A stretch of DNA of 64,000 bases. Origin: Gemmatimonadales bacterium (GTDB lineage: Bacteria > Gemmatimonadota > Gemmatimonadetes > Gemmatimonadales > GWC2-71-9). The stretch covers positions 8,855 through 72,854 of the forward strand of contig DASYCE010000027.1 in NCBI GenBank assembly GCA_036500345.1. The letters run 5' to 3'. The number at the start of each line of letters is the position of its first letter. Position 1 is the first letter of the stretch. Of this stretch, positions 26,424 to 37,664 are shown one piece after another. The notes beneath the pieces were generated by a model that worked only from the letters and a program-made list of their open reading frames with translations, did no database searches and had not been told where the DNA came from. Made by a program: the position numbers and the translations under genes.

Positions 26424-27137
26424 CTACCGCGTCCTGGCTGGCCGGGGAATCCGTTGATGGGCCGGCTTCCAGAGCCGCATCCCCCCGCGGAAGGCGTCGG
26501 CGTTTCCGCCCAGGATCGTCCCCTCGGGGAGCTGGGCCCGATGGCGGGCGAGATGGCGGGCGTTGCCGCCGCCGATCAGCACGTAGTGGGCCTGCATCGC
26601 CACGGTGAGGCGGGCCACGACGTCGAAGACGAACCGGCGCCACTGGTGCGCGCCCTTGCGCCGGAGGTACTCGTCGCCGAGGTAGTCTTCGAAGGTGCGC
26701 TCTTTCCGGTAGGGGAGGTGCGCCAGCTCCAGCGGCTGGAGGTGCCCCTCGACGACCAGCGCCGATCCGAGCCCGGTGCCGAGGCCAAGGAAGAGCATCC
26801 GGCCGCCGCGATAGCCGCCGAGGGCCTGCATCGCAGCGTCGTTGATCAGGTGGGTCGGGTGCTTGAAGGCGCGCTCGAAATCAAAGCCGGTCCATCCAGG
26901 TCCGAGATTGTGCGGGTCGGCGCTCGCCCGTCCGTTGACGACCGGACCGGGGTAGCCGATCGAGATGACGTCGTAACTCCACTCCTTCGTTGCCGCTCGC
27001 ACCGCGGCAACCATCTGCCGCGCCGTGAGCGTCGGCCCCGAATCGAGCTTGGTGGGTGTGCGCTGCCCCGTTGCCAGGAGCTTGACGTGGGTTCCGCCTA
27101 CGTCGATGACGAGGACCGTCGGATGATCAGGAATCAT
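26424..27137 (-). CDS. ppgK: ROK family polyphosphate/ATP glucokinase
   Basis: VLVIDVGGTHVK (phosphate-1 motif), INDAAMQALG and LGLGTGLGSALV are typical of PpgK-type ROK kinases. The ATG overlaps the glucoamylase stop (ATGA 27134-27137). Confidence 0.75.
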   Translation of the reverse strand: MIPDHPTVLVIDVGGTHVKLLATGQRTPTKLDSGPTLTARQMVAAVRAATKEWSYDVISIGYPGPVVNGRASADPHNLGPGWTGFDFERAFKHPTHLINDAAMQALGGYRGGRMLFLGLGTGLGSALVVEGHLQPLELAHLPYRKERTFEDYLGDEYLRRKGAHQWRRFVFDVVARLTVAMQAHYVLIGGGNARHLARHRAQLPEGTILGGNADAFRGGMRLWKPAHQRIPRPARTR

Positions 27138-29551
27138 CGACCTTCCGAGTCGGGGCGCACGATCGTCACGGTGAAATCAACTCCCTCCCAGCGGCGTGCC
27201 TCGGTCCAGTACAGGGTGAAGACGATCTCTCCGCCGGCGGCGACATCGCCGGTGGCGAGGTCGGCGATCTGCATGTCGAAGGTCGAGTCGGTGGTCGGGG
27301 TGTCGGCGTGCGTGGCCCAGCCGTCGCGGCTCCAGTGCACCACCGCAGCGGCGGTCGTCTCGATGCGCAGCAGCTGCCCGGCGGTCATCGAATGCAGTTT
27401 GTGCGAAAAGCGCCACGCGGCGAAGTGCGACGGCGTCTCGTCGACGAGGTACCGCTGCACTGTCTGCGGAGGCAGGTCGAAGATGGTCCCGTCGCGAAGT
27501 GAGCGGCGCAGTTTCACGTATTCGGCATGGGCCCACACCAGCGGCATCGCCGAACCTGCGGGGCGCCCGAAGTACAGTTCGCGCTCGGGGATATCGGCGG
27601 CGTCCCACGTCTGTTCGGGAAAGAGACCACCATCACTGGCGAACGATTCGAACGCCCCGAGGAGACGCATCGCCTCGGCGGTGTGCCCGGCCGCGAGTTC
27701 GTAGTGCGCGCGTTCTCCGGTGAGGAGCGGCCATGCCCGGCCGATCCCGGTGCCGTTGAATGGCGAGCCGTCGGCATGCTCGCCGTACCCGTCGCCATTG
27801 TACCGGCGCCACGCCGGACCGCTGGGGGTGTCGACCTTGAGGAGCTGATCGATCAGGCGGAGGGTCGAGACAATCCGCGGGTCGTCGGGTTTGCGCAGGC
27901 CGAACCGCACCAGCGCCAAGGCATCACAGGAGATGAGATCGCACGCGGCAACATCGGCATCGCACGCGGGGACGTTCCGGACCGAGATGCTCGACTGCAG
28001 TCGCGAATCGCCGTCTTCACCGTCGACTGGTGCCACGCGCACGTAATAGCCGTCGACATCGAAATGCGCCCCGCGCTCGGCGCCCGAGGCGTACATCCAG
28101 TGATCGATGCACGCGTTCCAGCCGTCCGCCGTTTCGCGAAGATAGCGCGCGGCATCGGGCTCGCCGGCGCGATCAGCGGCTTCGGCCGCGACCAGCAGTG
28201 CCGCGATCTCGACCGCCACGGTGAACGGCGAGTATCCGGGATCTTCTTCCCAGCGGTCCTGCGGCGACACCGGACCGTTCCGCACGATGTACCCGGCGGC
28301 CCGGCGGATCATCGGCCAGAAGCGCGCCAGGTCGGGATCGCCGATCGCTCCCTCGCGCAGCGCGAGATCGACGAGGAGGATCGGCAGCGCGGTCTCGTCC
28401 ATCTGGATCCCGTTCCAGTACGGCGTCCCGTCGATCCACATGTTCTGGCCCCAGTGGCCATCCGCTTCCTGCGTGGTCTGCAGGTATGCGAGGATCCGCC
28501 GCACCTCGGCGTTCGCGCCGGCGGCGAGAAGTCCCCCGCCGATCTCCACCAGGTCCCGCGGCCAGACGAGGTGATAGCCGCCGAGATCCTCGTCGCCCTT
28601 GCTGAATCCCCACGGCACCGACAGCGACGCGATCATCCCGCCGGGGAACGTCGACGCTTCGTGTGATCGCATCACGATGGTGCTCACCCGGTAGCGATCG
28701 AGCGGATCGTCGCGGCGATGGTCGTCGAGGCGAATCAGCCGATCCTGCCATGCGTCCCACTGGCGCAAGTAGGTCGCATGCGCCATTTCGAAGCCATCAT
28801 GCAGCGCAGCGCGCGCGCGATGCCCCGCCTCGGCGGCGTCGGAGCCGAACGCGAGTACCAGGAGAAATTCTCCGTCGGGCGGAATCTCGATCCCGCCGGT
28901 GAGCGCCACATTGCCGTTCTCCGCGCGCGTGTAACTCCACTGCATCGCGTTGTTGGTGGTCAGATCCTTCCAGCCATCCGACGTGCCGACAAATCCCGCC
29001 GACCGGTTGAACCACGGCACCGACGACGCCAGCGCGAGCGCCGTTCCCGCCCGCTCGGCGAAGAGCATCGGAATGCCCTTGTGCTCGTCGATCCATGCGG
29101 TGTTGCCGGCGCCACGGTTGCCGAGGTGCGGCGCCAGCAGGACATGCAGCCGGTAATCCTGGCGTTTGCCGCCGAGGGCGCTGAAGCGGGTGCGCTGCAG
29201 CAGCGCCGGCCGCTGCGGATCGGTGAGGATGTCTTTTTCGATGATATAGCGGTGTTCGAGGCAGATGTTGCGCAGTCGGTAGGCCGGCACGCCGGGGACG
29301 ATCGATTCGACTTCGTGCGAGGCCTGTCGCTTCTCCTCCGACATGAAGCCGCGACCGTCGGTGACGATGAATCCCATGTCGCGGGTGCAGGCGCGGTCGA
29401 CGCGCGGGTAATACACCTCGTTGATCACGCCGTGGCTCAACGTGAACCAGAGCTCGCTCGCCTCGCTCAGCGCCGTGCCGACGCCGCTCTTGGCGCTCGA
29501 CGTCCATCGCGCGGGAATTCCCGGCCACCCCGGAGCAAACGACTCGCCCAT
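27134..29551 (-). CDS. GH15 glucoamylase/glucodextranase-type glycoside hydrolase (bacterial N-domain + (alpha/alpha)6 catalytic domain)
   Basis: Start MGESFAPGWPGIPARWTSS (typical bacterial glucoamylase N-terminus). Blocks YHLVWPRDL and PQDRWEE...GYSPFT. No signal peptide. The ORF-track extension to 29650 is rejected. Confidence 0.85.
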   Translation of the reverse strand: MGESFAPGWPGIPARWTSSAKSGVGTALSEASELWFTLSHGVINEVYYPRVDRACTRDMGFIVTDGRGFMSEEKRQASHEVESIVPGVPAYRLRNICLEHRYIIEKDILTDPQRPALLQRTRFSALGGKRQDYRLHVLLAPHLGNRGAGNTAWIDEHKGIPMLFAERAGTALALASSVPWFNRSAGFVGTSDGWKDLTTNNAMQWSYTRAENGNVALTGGIEIPPDGEFLLVLAFGSDAAEAGHRARAALHDGFEMAHATYLRQWDAWQDRLIRLDDHRRDDPLDRYRVSTIVMRSHEASTFPGGMIASLSVPWGFSKGDEDLGGYHLVWPRDLVEIGGGLLAAGANAEVRRILAYLQTTQEADGHWGQNMWIDGTPYWNGIQMDETALPILLVDLALREGAIGDPDLARFWPMIRRAAGYIVRNGPVSPQDRWEEDPGYSPFTVAVEIAALLVAAEAADRAGEPDAARYLRETADGWNACIDHWMYASGAERGAHFDVDGYYVRVAPVDGEDGDSRLQSSISVRNVPACDADVAACDLISCDALALVRFGLRKPDDPRIVSTLRLIDQLLKVDTPSGPAWRRYNGDGYGEHADGSPFNGTGIGRAWPLLTGERAHYELAAGHTAEAMRLLGAFESFASDGGLFPEQTWDAADIPERELYFGRPAGSAMPLVWAHAEYVKLRRSLRDGTIFDLPPQTVQRYLVDETPSHFAAWRFSHKLHSMTAGQLLRIETTAAAVVHWSRDGWATHADTPTTDSTFDMQIADLATGDVAAGGEIVFTLYWTEARRWEGVDFTVTIVRPDSEGR

Positions 29552-29666
29552 GCCGAAAGGTAGTTGGCCGCACTTGCTCTCCGCGTGCGCCGCAATGATG
29601 TTGCAGCGCTCTCCCCCCACATCATCGCACCGGCAGATGTTCCGGCGCATTCATCCGAGGATCAGC

Positions 29667-32195
29667 ATGTTGCTTCAGGTCAAACGCCACCACTGGGTCG
29701 CCGCAGTTGCAGCGTGCACCGTGGCGATTCCCGCCGCGGCGCAGCGCGTCGTGACCACCGCCGACTATGCCGCGGCGGAACGGTCGATGAACAACCTCCA
29801 GGTGACGCAGCTCGCCGCCGAAGGCCAGGTCTCTCCGAACTGGCTTCCCGGCGATCGCTTCTGGTACCGCGAGGGGAGCGGGGCATTCATCCTCGTCGAT
29901 CCCGCGAAGAAGACCCACGCGCCGGCGTTCGACCAGGTGAAGGTCGCCGCGGCTCTGGCAAAGGCGAGCGGGCAGGCGGTTGACGCGCAGCATCTGCCGT
30001 TCACCTCGATCGCATTCACCAGGGATGGTCGCTCGATCATGGTCGCGGTCGACGGGAAGGAATGGAGCTGCGATGCGAAAGGCTCCAGGTGCGCCGCGCT
30101 TCCGGCCGGCACGATTCCCAAGGACGTGGGGAACGGTGGCGGTTTCGGCGGCGGTGGGCGTGGCGGACGCGGCGGGCGCGGAGCTGCCGGGGGCGGCGCG
30201 CAGTCGTCGCACGGTGAGCCGCTCAACATGGCGCCCGACGGCAAGAAGGGCGTCTTCGTGCACGACTGGAATCTCTGGGTCAAGGATCTCGCCACCGGAC
30301 AGGAACGGCAGCTGACGCGTGACGGCGTCGAGAATTTCGGCTACGCCACCGATAACGCGGGATGGGTCAACAGCGATCGGGCGATCGGCCTCTGGTCGGC
30401 CGACAGCAGGATGATTGCGACGCAGCAGCAGGATCAGCGCGGTGTCGGGTTGATGTACCTGGTGTCGACGCCGAGCGGCGGCCGCTATTCCGCCAACGGC
30501 CGCGAGGGCGGACATCCGGTGCTGCAGGCATGGCCGTATCCGCTCCCCGGCGACAGCATCGTCACCACGATCCAGCGGGTGGTGATCAACGTCGAGACCG
30601 GGAAGATGGTGCGCTTCAAGATGCCGCCCGACCAGCATCGCGGCACCGTGGTCGACAACCTCAACATGGGCGACATCAAGTGGAGCCCGGATGATTCGTC
30701 GGTGGTCTTCGCGTCATCGTCGCGTGACCACAAGCATGTCTGGCTGCGCGAAGCGAACGCCAACACCGGCGACGTGCGCACGGTTTTCGATGAGAGCTCG
30801 CCGACGCAGTTCGAAGGCGGCCCCGGCGGGTCGCCGATCTGGGAAGTGATCTGGCCGACGAAGGAAGTGCTCTGGTACTCGGAGCGCGACAACTGGGGCC
30901 ACTTCTATCTCTACGATCTCGCCACCGGACAACTCAAGAACAAGGTCACGCCCGGCGACGGTGTGACGACCGGCGTCCTTCGCCTCAACGACACGACGCG
31001 CACACTCTGGTTCACCGCTGTCGGCCGCGAACCGGGACAGAATCCGTACTACGCGCATTACTATCGCGTGAAGCTGGATGGGACCGGGATGGTGTCGCTG
31101 ACGCCCGACAACGGGACGCATGCCGCGCAATTCTCGCCGTCGGGGAAGTATGTCGTCGATACCTGGAGCCAGACCGACGTCCCGTACCAGAGTGCGCTGC
31201 GCGATGCGACCACCGGTGCGCTGATCATGCCACTGGAGAAGGGCGCCGATCCGGCCGCACTCAAGGCGGCGGGCTGGAATCCGGTGACGACGATCAAGAT
31301 GAAGGCGCGCGACGGTGCGACCGACATCTACGGGGTGATGTACAAGCCGGCCAACTTCGATCCATCGAAGAAGTATCCGATCATCAACAACATCTACCCG
31401 GGCCCGCAGTCCGGCAGCAATGGCGCCTGGGGATTCACGCCGGCCGGTGGCGAAGGGCAGGGACTCGCCAACCTCGGCTTCGTCGTCGTCAAGATCAACG
31501 GGATGGGGACGCCGGATCGCGACAAGAAGTTCCACGACGCCTACTACGCGAAAATGGGCGACAATACCCTCCCCGATCAGGTCGCGGGGATGAAGGAACT
31601 CGGCCAGCGCTACAGCTGGGTCGACCTCGACAAGGTGGGGATCTACGGGCACTCCGGCGGCGGGTTCGCGACGGCGGATGCGATGTTCCGCTATCCCGAT
31701 TTCTTCAAGGTCGGCATTTCCGAATCGGGGAACCACGACAATCGCGAATACGAGGATGACTGGGGCGAGCGCTATCAGGGGCTCGACGTGAAGGGAGCAG
31801 ACGGCACCGACAGCTACACCGCCGAAGCGAACGAGGACTTCGCCAAGAACCTGAAGGGGCATCTCCTCCTCGCCCATGGCACCGTCGACAACAACGTGCC
31901 GCCGTACAACACCTTCCTGGTCATCGATGCGCTGATCAAGGCCAACAAGGATTTCGACCTGCTGCTCCTCCCCAACCAGGTCCACGGCTACGGGACCGAA
32001 TCGGCGTACATGCAGCGCCGGCGGTGGGATTACTTCGTCCGCTATCTAATGGGCGGCGAACCGCCGAAGGAGTACGAGATGGGGACGCAGGGTGGGCGTG
32101 GCGGCGCCGCCGGTGGTCGCGGCCGCGCCGGGGGCCGCGGTGGTGCTGCACCCGCGGGGCGCGCCGGATCGGCGGGAGGTGGCGGCGGCCGATAG
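29667..32195 (+). CDS. S9B dipeptidyl-peptidase IV-like serine peptidase, secreted
   Basis: Signal peptide MLLQVKRHHWVAAVAACTVAIPAAAQ. DPPIV-type propeller followed by catalytic GIYGHSGGG, HGTVDNNV and NQVHGY. An internal GNGGGFGGGGRGGRGGRG insert and a 37-aa Gly/Arg C-terminal tail are present. Confidence 0.85.
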   Translation: MLLQVKRHHWVAAVAACTVAIPAAAQRVVTTADYAAAERSMNNLQVTQLAAEGQVSPNWLPGDRFWYREGSGAFILVDPAKKTHAPAFDQVKVAAALAKASGQAVDAQHLPFTSIAFTRDGRSIMVAVDGKEWSCDAKGSRCAALPAGTIPKDVGNGGGFGGGGRGGRGGRGAAGGGAQSSHGEPLNMAPDGKKGVFVHDWNLWVKDLATGQERQLTRDGVENFGYATDNAGWVNSDRAIGLWSADSRMIATQQQDQRGVGLMYLVSTPSGGRYSANGREGGHPVLQAWPYPLPGDSIVTTIQRVVINVETGKMVRFKMPPDQHRGTVVDNLNMGDIKWSPDDSSVVFASSSRDHKHVWLREANANTGDVRTVFDESSPTQFEGGPGGSPIWEVIWPTKEVLWYSERDNWGHFYLYDLATGQLKNKVTPGDGVTTGVLRLNDTTRTLWFTAVGREPGQNPYYAHYYRVKLDGTGMVSLTPDNGTHAAQFSPSGKYVVDTWSQTDVPYQSALRDATTGALIMPLEKGADPAALKAAGWNPVTTIKMKARDGATDIYGVMYKPANFDPSKKYPIINNIYPGPQSGSNGAWGFTPAGGEGQGLANLGFVVVKINGMGTPDRDKKFHDAYYAKMGDNTLPDQVAGMKELGQRYSWVDLDKVGIYGHSGGGFATADAMFRYPDFFKVGISESGNHDNREYEDDWGERYQGLDVKGADGTDSYTAEANEDFAKNLKGHLLLAHGTVDNNVPPYNTFLVIDALIKANKDFDLLLLPNQVHGYGTESAYMQRRRWDYFVRYLMGGEPPKEYEMGTQGGRGGAAGGRGRAGGRGGAAPAGRAGSAGGGGGR

Positions 32196-32201
32196 CCGCC
32201 G

Positions 32202-34349
32202 TCAGCCGCCGTTGAGGACCGCGGTCAGCGCGGCGAGATCAACGGGCTTCACCATGTGATGATCGAACCCGGCGTCGAGTGAGCGGCGCCGGTCTTCGTC
32301 CTGGCCCCATCCGGTGAGGGCGACAAGCACGATCTGCCGCCCCCACTCGGCCGTCCGGATTGCGCGCGCGACATCGTAGCCGTTGACCTTTGGCATGCCG
32401 ATGTCGAGCAGTGCAATATCCGGATGAAAGCGCTCACCCTGCTCGAGCGCTTCCGCCCCGTCCCGTGCCACCGCCAGTTCGTGTCCCATCATCCGCAGCA
32501 TCATCGCCAGTGAATCGACGGCATCGGCGTTGTCATCCGCCACCAGGATCCGCCGCACCAGGCGGCTGGTCAGGACCGGACCACCCTCCCGCGCGCCGGC
32601 GGTCGGCGCGAGGACGAGCGGCAGTCGCACCACGAACTGGCTCCCGGTTCCGAGTCCCTCACTCGTCGCCGACACCGATCCGCCGTGCATCTCCACGATG
32701 CGGCGCGTCAGTGACAGCCCGATGCCGAGACCCGACCGCGCCTGTTCGAGGGAGCGGTCCACCTGGGTGAACATGTCGAAGATGGTATCGAGCATCTCCG
32801 CGGGAATGCCGATCCCGGTGTCGCGCACGGTGACCACCGCCTCGCGCCCGCTTCGCTCCACGGTGAGCCAGACGCGGCCGCCGGTTTCGGTGTACTTGAT
32901 GGCGTTGCCGAGGAGATTGCCGAACGCCTGCGCCAGCCGCGTCGGATCGGCGTCAATGTGCAGCGGCGACGGCGGCATGATGAGCTTGAGCGAGTGCCCG
33001 GACTGGCGCAGCAACGGACCGACCGTTTCGAGCGCCAGGTGCACCACGGCGGCAAGATCGGTCGTCTCGCGGCGAAGCTCCAGGCGATTGCTGGTGATTC
33101 TCGAGACATCGAGGAGGTCGTCGATCAGCCGGACCATCTGCTGCAGCTGCCGCTCCATGATCCCACCGACCCGCTCGACCGTCGCGGGATCGTTCTGCGA
33201 CAGCCGGACGACGCTCAGCGCGTTGTGCAGCGGCGCGAGCGGATTGCGCAGCTCGTGTGCCAGCACGGCAAGGAACTCATCCTTGCGGCGGTCCGCTTCG
33301 CGCACCCGCTGCTCGGCCCGGCTCCGCTCGGAGATGTCGCGGAAGACCAGTACCGCGCCGACGATCGTCTCACCGGCGCCGCGAATCGGTGCGGCGCAAT
33401 CATCGATCGGCCGTTCGGTGCCATCGCGCGCGATCAGGACGCTGTGATTCGCGAGCCCCACGATCACGCCATCGCGGAGTGCACGGAGGGCAGGGTTGGG
33501 GACCCGCTCGCGGGTATCGTGGTTGATGACGTCGAAGACGACATCGAGCGGATGACCGGCAGCGTCGTCGGTCTGCCAGCCGGTAATTGCCTCGGCCACG
33601 GGATTGAGGAAGGTGACGCGGCCATCGGCGTCGGTAGTGATCACGCCATCGCCGATGCTCGCCAGCGTGATCCGGAAGAGCTCCTTCTGCTGATTGAGTG
33701 CGGCCGCGGCCTGTTCCCGCACCCGGACCTTGCGCCGAACGAGGTAGAAGAGCGCCGCGAGGGTGAGGAACTCGAGCGCCCCCGCGAGGACGAGCCCGGT
33801 GATGGCGAGGTCGCGCTGGCGCACGGCGCCGCCGCGGCGCTCGGTGAGCAGCGAGTCCTCATCGCTCACCATGTCGCGCACCTGGGAGCGGATCCCGTCC
33901 ATCGTCGCCTTGCCGTGGCCGGACGTGACCAGCCGCTCCGCCGCCGCGAACCCTTCGTCCTGCCGCAGGGCGATTGTCTGCCGCATGTCGTCGAGCTTGT
34001 CGGCGATGGCGCGACGCAGCTCGGGGATCCGCTCGTGCTGGCGCGGATTGTCGCGCGTCATCGTGTCGAGCGAGCGCACCCGGCCGGGGAGGGCGCCGAG
34101 CGCCATGTGGTACGGTTCGAGGTATTCCGGGTCGCCGGTGATGACGAACCCGCGCTCGCCGGTCTCGGCGTCTTCAGTGCTGGCGAGGACCAGTCCCAGG
34201 GCGTCGAACACGGCGTACGTGTGCGAGACGTCGGCGGCGCTCCGGTAGAGGAAGGAGGTGCTCTGGATCGCGAGGATGGTATTGCCCGCCGTCACCGCCA
34301 GGGCCACGGCGATGCCGATCGAGTACACCTTGTCGATGGGATACTTCAT
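32202..34349 (-). CDS. Hybrid sensor histidine kinase/response regulator (CHASE3-TM-PAS-HisKA-HATPase-REC)
   Basis: CHASE3 signature ETGERGFVITGDPEYLEPY. PAS segment GDGVITTDADGRVTFLNPVAE. H-box LAHELRNPL. Receiver ILVADDNADAV...LLDIGMPKVNG. Start MKYPIDK at 34349. Confidence 0.85.
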   Translation of the reverse strand: MKYPIDKVYSIGIAVALAVTAGNTILAIQSTSFLYRSAADVSHTYAVFDALGLVLASTEDAETGERGFVITGDPEYLEPYHMALGALPGRVRSLDTMTRDNPRQHERIPELRRAIADKLDDMRQTIALRQDEGFAAAERLVTSGHGKATMDGIRSQVRDMVSDEDSLLTERRGGAVRQRDLAITGLVLAGALEFLTLAALFYLVRRKVRVREQAAAALNQQKELFRITLASIGDGVITTDADGRVTFLNPVAEAITGWQTDDAAGHPLDVVFDVINHDTRERVPNPALRALRDGVIVGLANHSVLIARDGTERPIDDCAAPIRGAGETIVGAVLVFRDISERSRAEQRVREADRRKDEFLAVLAHELRNPLAPLHNALSVVRLSQNDPATVERVGGIMERQLQQMVRLIDDLLDVSRITSNRLELRRETTDLAAVVHLALETVGPLLRQSGHSLKLIMPPSPLHIDADPTRLAQAFGNLLGNAIKYTETGGRVWLTVERSGREAVVTVRDTGIGIPAEMLDTIFDMFTQVDRSLEQARSGLGIGLSLTRRIVEMHGGSVSATSEGLGTGSQFVVRLPLVLAPTAGAREGGPVLTSRLVRRILVADDNADAVDSLAMMLRMMGHELAVARDGAEALEQGERFHPDIALLDIGMPKVNGYDVARAIRTAEWGRQIVLVALTGWGQDEDRRRSLDAGFDHHMVKPVDLAALTAVLNGG

Positions 34350-34474
34350 CGATGTCCCGGGAATCCACGATACACGAGGAGCACGTCGCGACCTGCCGCG
34401 GCGCAGCGACCAGAGCATCGTATCGTGGCAGGGCGCCCGGTGGCAAGGCGGGGCCGATCATCCCGCCCGCTGCG

Positions 34475-34876
34475 TCAGGCGGTACAGAGCAGCGGATCGT
34501 GCGAACCACCGGGCGACAACAGTACCGAAAGTGGGTCGTTGACCGGCGACGTATTCACGATGACGACCGAGAGCGCAAGCGACTGCCCGTCGCGTCCGCC
34601 GTTGATCTGGAGCTCCGCGCCGGGCGAGTGCATGATGTTGCCGGTCACTGTCAGCGAGGTCGAGGTGGCCATGATCTTGCCATCGCTGGTGAGGACGATC
34701 GGCCCGTACGTGGCGTGGAGACACGGCATGTCGAGGACCGCGCCGGTCGCCGTCGCAGAAAAATGGAGGTTGTCGGCGGTCCAGTAGCCGATCAGCGTGT
34801 CACTGCTGGGCGCGTCGTGGCATCCGGCGAGCAACACGCCGGCCGCCAGGGAGAGAAGTACCGCCGGTGCTCGCAT
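34475..34876 (-). CDS. Small lipoprotein, unknown function
   Basis: MRAPAVLLSLAAGVLLAGC lipobox. 133 aa. Last gene of the ABC cluster. Confidence 0.5.
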   Translation of the reverse strand: MRAPAVLLSLAAGVLLAGCHDAPSSDTLIGYWTADNLHFSATATGAVLDMPCLHATYGPIVLTSDGKIMATSTSLTVTGNIMHSPGAELQINGGRDGQSLALSVVIVNTSPVNDPLSVLLSPGGSHDPLLCTA

Positions 34877-34957
34877 GCGACCTCCCCGGATGCAGGTGTG
34901 GATCGAACCCCCTGCGTGAGAGGACCTCGTCCACCAGCCAAAGGTCACCTGCCGGGG

Positions 34958-35703
34958 CTATGCGGTGTGGCCAACCTCGAAATCGCGGAGCCGCCGGATG
35001 CAGTAGCCGAGGGCGGCCGCCGTGACCACGCCGCTCATGATGTACGCCCGGGCGTGCGGCAGTTCGGCAGTGAAGACGGCCGCGTCCGCCTTGGCGATCG
35101 CGTCGGTGACGCTCATCATGTACTGCCGCACGCTGAAGGTCCGGGTCCCCGCGAAGAGTCGCGACAGCACCCCTTCCCAGACCACGAGATAGACCAGACC
35201 AACAAGCATTCCGCGGCGCGTGATCAGGCCGAGCGCCAGGAAGATCGCGGCGTAGAGAATGCTTCCCAGCACCGCTCCGGCCGCGAAGCCGACGCCGAGA
35301 TTGGTTGAGCCGGTGCCGCGCAGCAGGATGATCCCGACCAGCGCGACCGACGCGCCGTTCAAGGCGAGCGCCAGCGCGGCGGTCACCACGAGCTTGGTGA
35401 TCGCGATCGTGGATCGTTCGGTCGGCTTGGTGAGCAGATAGACGACGGTGCCGTCATCGATCTCGGCGCCAAATCCGGCGCTGGCGAGGACCAGCGCGAT
35501 GATCGGCACGACGACCGTGAATGCCACGGTGGAGCAGATGTCGACCGCGGCGTTGAGACGTTCGGCGTTGTCCTGCAGGTACGGCCGCAACACGAGCGCC
35601 ATCACGACCGGGAGTGCGGCGAGGATCGCCACGATGATCCAGCGCCGCCGCGCCAGCGATTGCCGAATCGTGAGCTCGGCGATGGCGCGATTGATCGGCG
35701 CGG

Positions 35704-35707
<4 letters not shown>
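34958..35707 (-). CDS. ABC-2 type transporter permease
   Basis: 249 aa with 6 predicted TM helices. ATG 35707 overlaps the ATPase stop (ATGA). The ORF-track extension to 36418 is rejected. Confidence 0.7.
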
Positions 35708-36608
<901 letters not shown>

Positions 36609-36612
<4 letters not shown>

Positions 36613-37664
36613 GTCTCGACCCGCCGGTACCGCCAGGTCAGGACGCCGCCCGCGAGGATGAGGAGACCGCAGGTCGTGACCAGGAAGATCGATCCCGGGA
36701 GCGACGCCGTATCGAGCAGGCCGCGCGGACGACGGAAACGCTGACGCACCACGGGCGGATGTCCGCCGCGTCTCGCCTTCACCGAATCGGGGAGGGAATC
36801 GAATCGCGCGTTCATCCTGGCTTGGGCAGCCACCTGCTCCACCGAATCGGTGAACTGCCGCTGGGCGAATGTCGAATCGCCATGCGTCGTGTCGAAGACC
36901 CAGCGGGTGAATCCGATCCCCACGTCGGCGGGAGACGCCAGCACCAGGTACCGCATCTTCGCCGGACGATTGAGCACCAGCGGCAGAATGAATGCGCTGG
37001 TGAGAATGAACACCGTGAGAATCGCCGCCGTGGCGAACGGCCGGCGCGGAATCAGCGCGGCGAGCGTGAGTGACACGCTCGACAGCAGCAGCGAGACGCC
37101 AGCAGCTCCGATCAGGATTCGCGGAATGATCGACACCGAATCGCGCGCCGCGGTGAAGACGTTGTCGGCCGCGAACCAGGTCCCGACGAGCAGAACGATG
37201 TGCGGCAGGAGCGCCACGACGAAGAGCGCTGTGAAGAGCGCACCGAGTCGTGCGAGCACGTAATCCGAACGACTGATGGCGCGGGAGAAGTACAGCGCCA
37301 GGACGCGATATTGCTGATCGCCGGTGACAAGCTCCGGTGTCTGGAAGGCGCAGAAGAGGGCAAAGACCCAGACGGTGGTCCGGAAATACGTGGCGTGGGT
37401 GAAGAGCTGTACCGCGTTGCCGGCGAGACCGACCACCGCGACCTGGATCACCGCCGGAATCAGGATGAACGCCACCAGCGCGACCGGCGGGATTTTGGCG
37501 CGGACCCCTCGGCCCAGGCCGAAAATGGCGCGGAGTCCGTGCACGTAGAGCGCTCGCATCGCGCCGGCACGCCCGAGCCGCTTTCCGTCGTAATGCTGGT
37601 AGCCGATGTCGTAGATCGCACCGGCGGGACGCGGCACGTCGGGTGTCCCCGGTGTGGCGGTCAT
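36609..37664 (-). CDS. ABC transporter permease-like polytopic membrane protein
   Basis: Start MTATPGT. The N-terminal block IYDIGYQHYDGKRLGR is followed by 6-7 TM helices. The ATG overlaps the upstream ATPase stop (ATGA 37661-37664). Confidence 0.65.
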
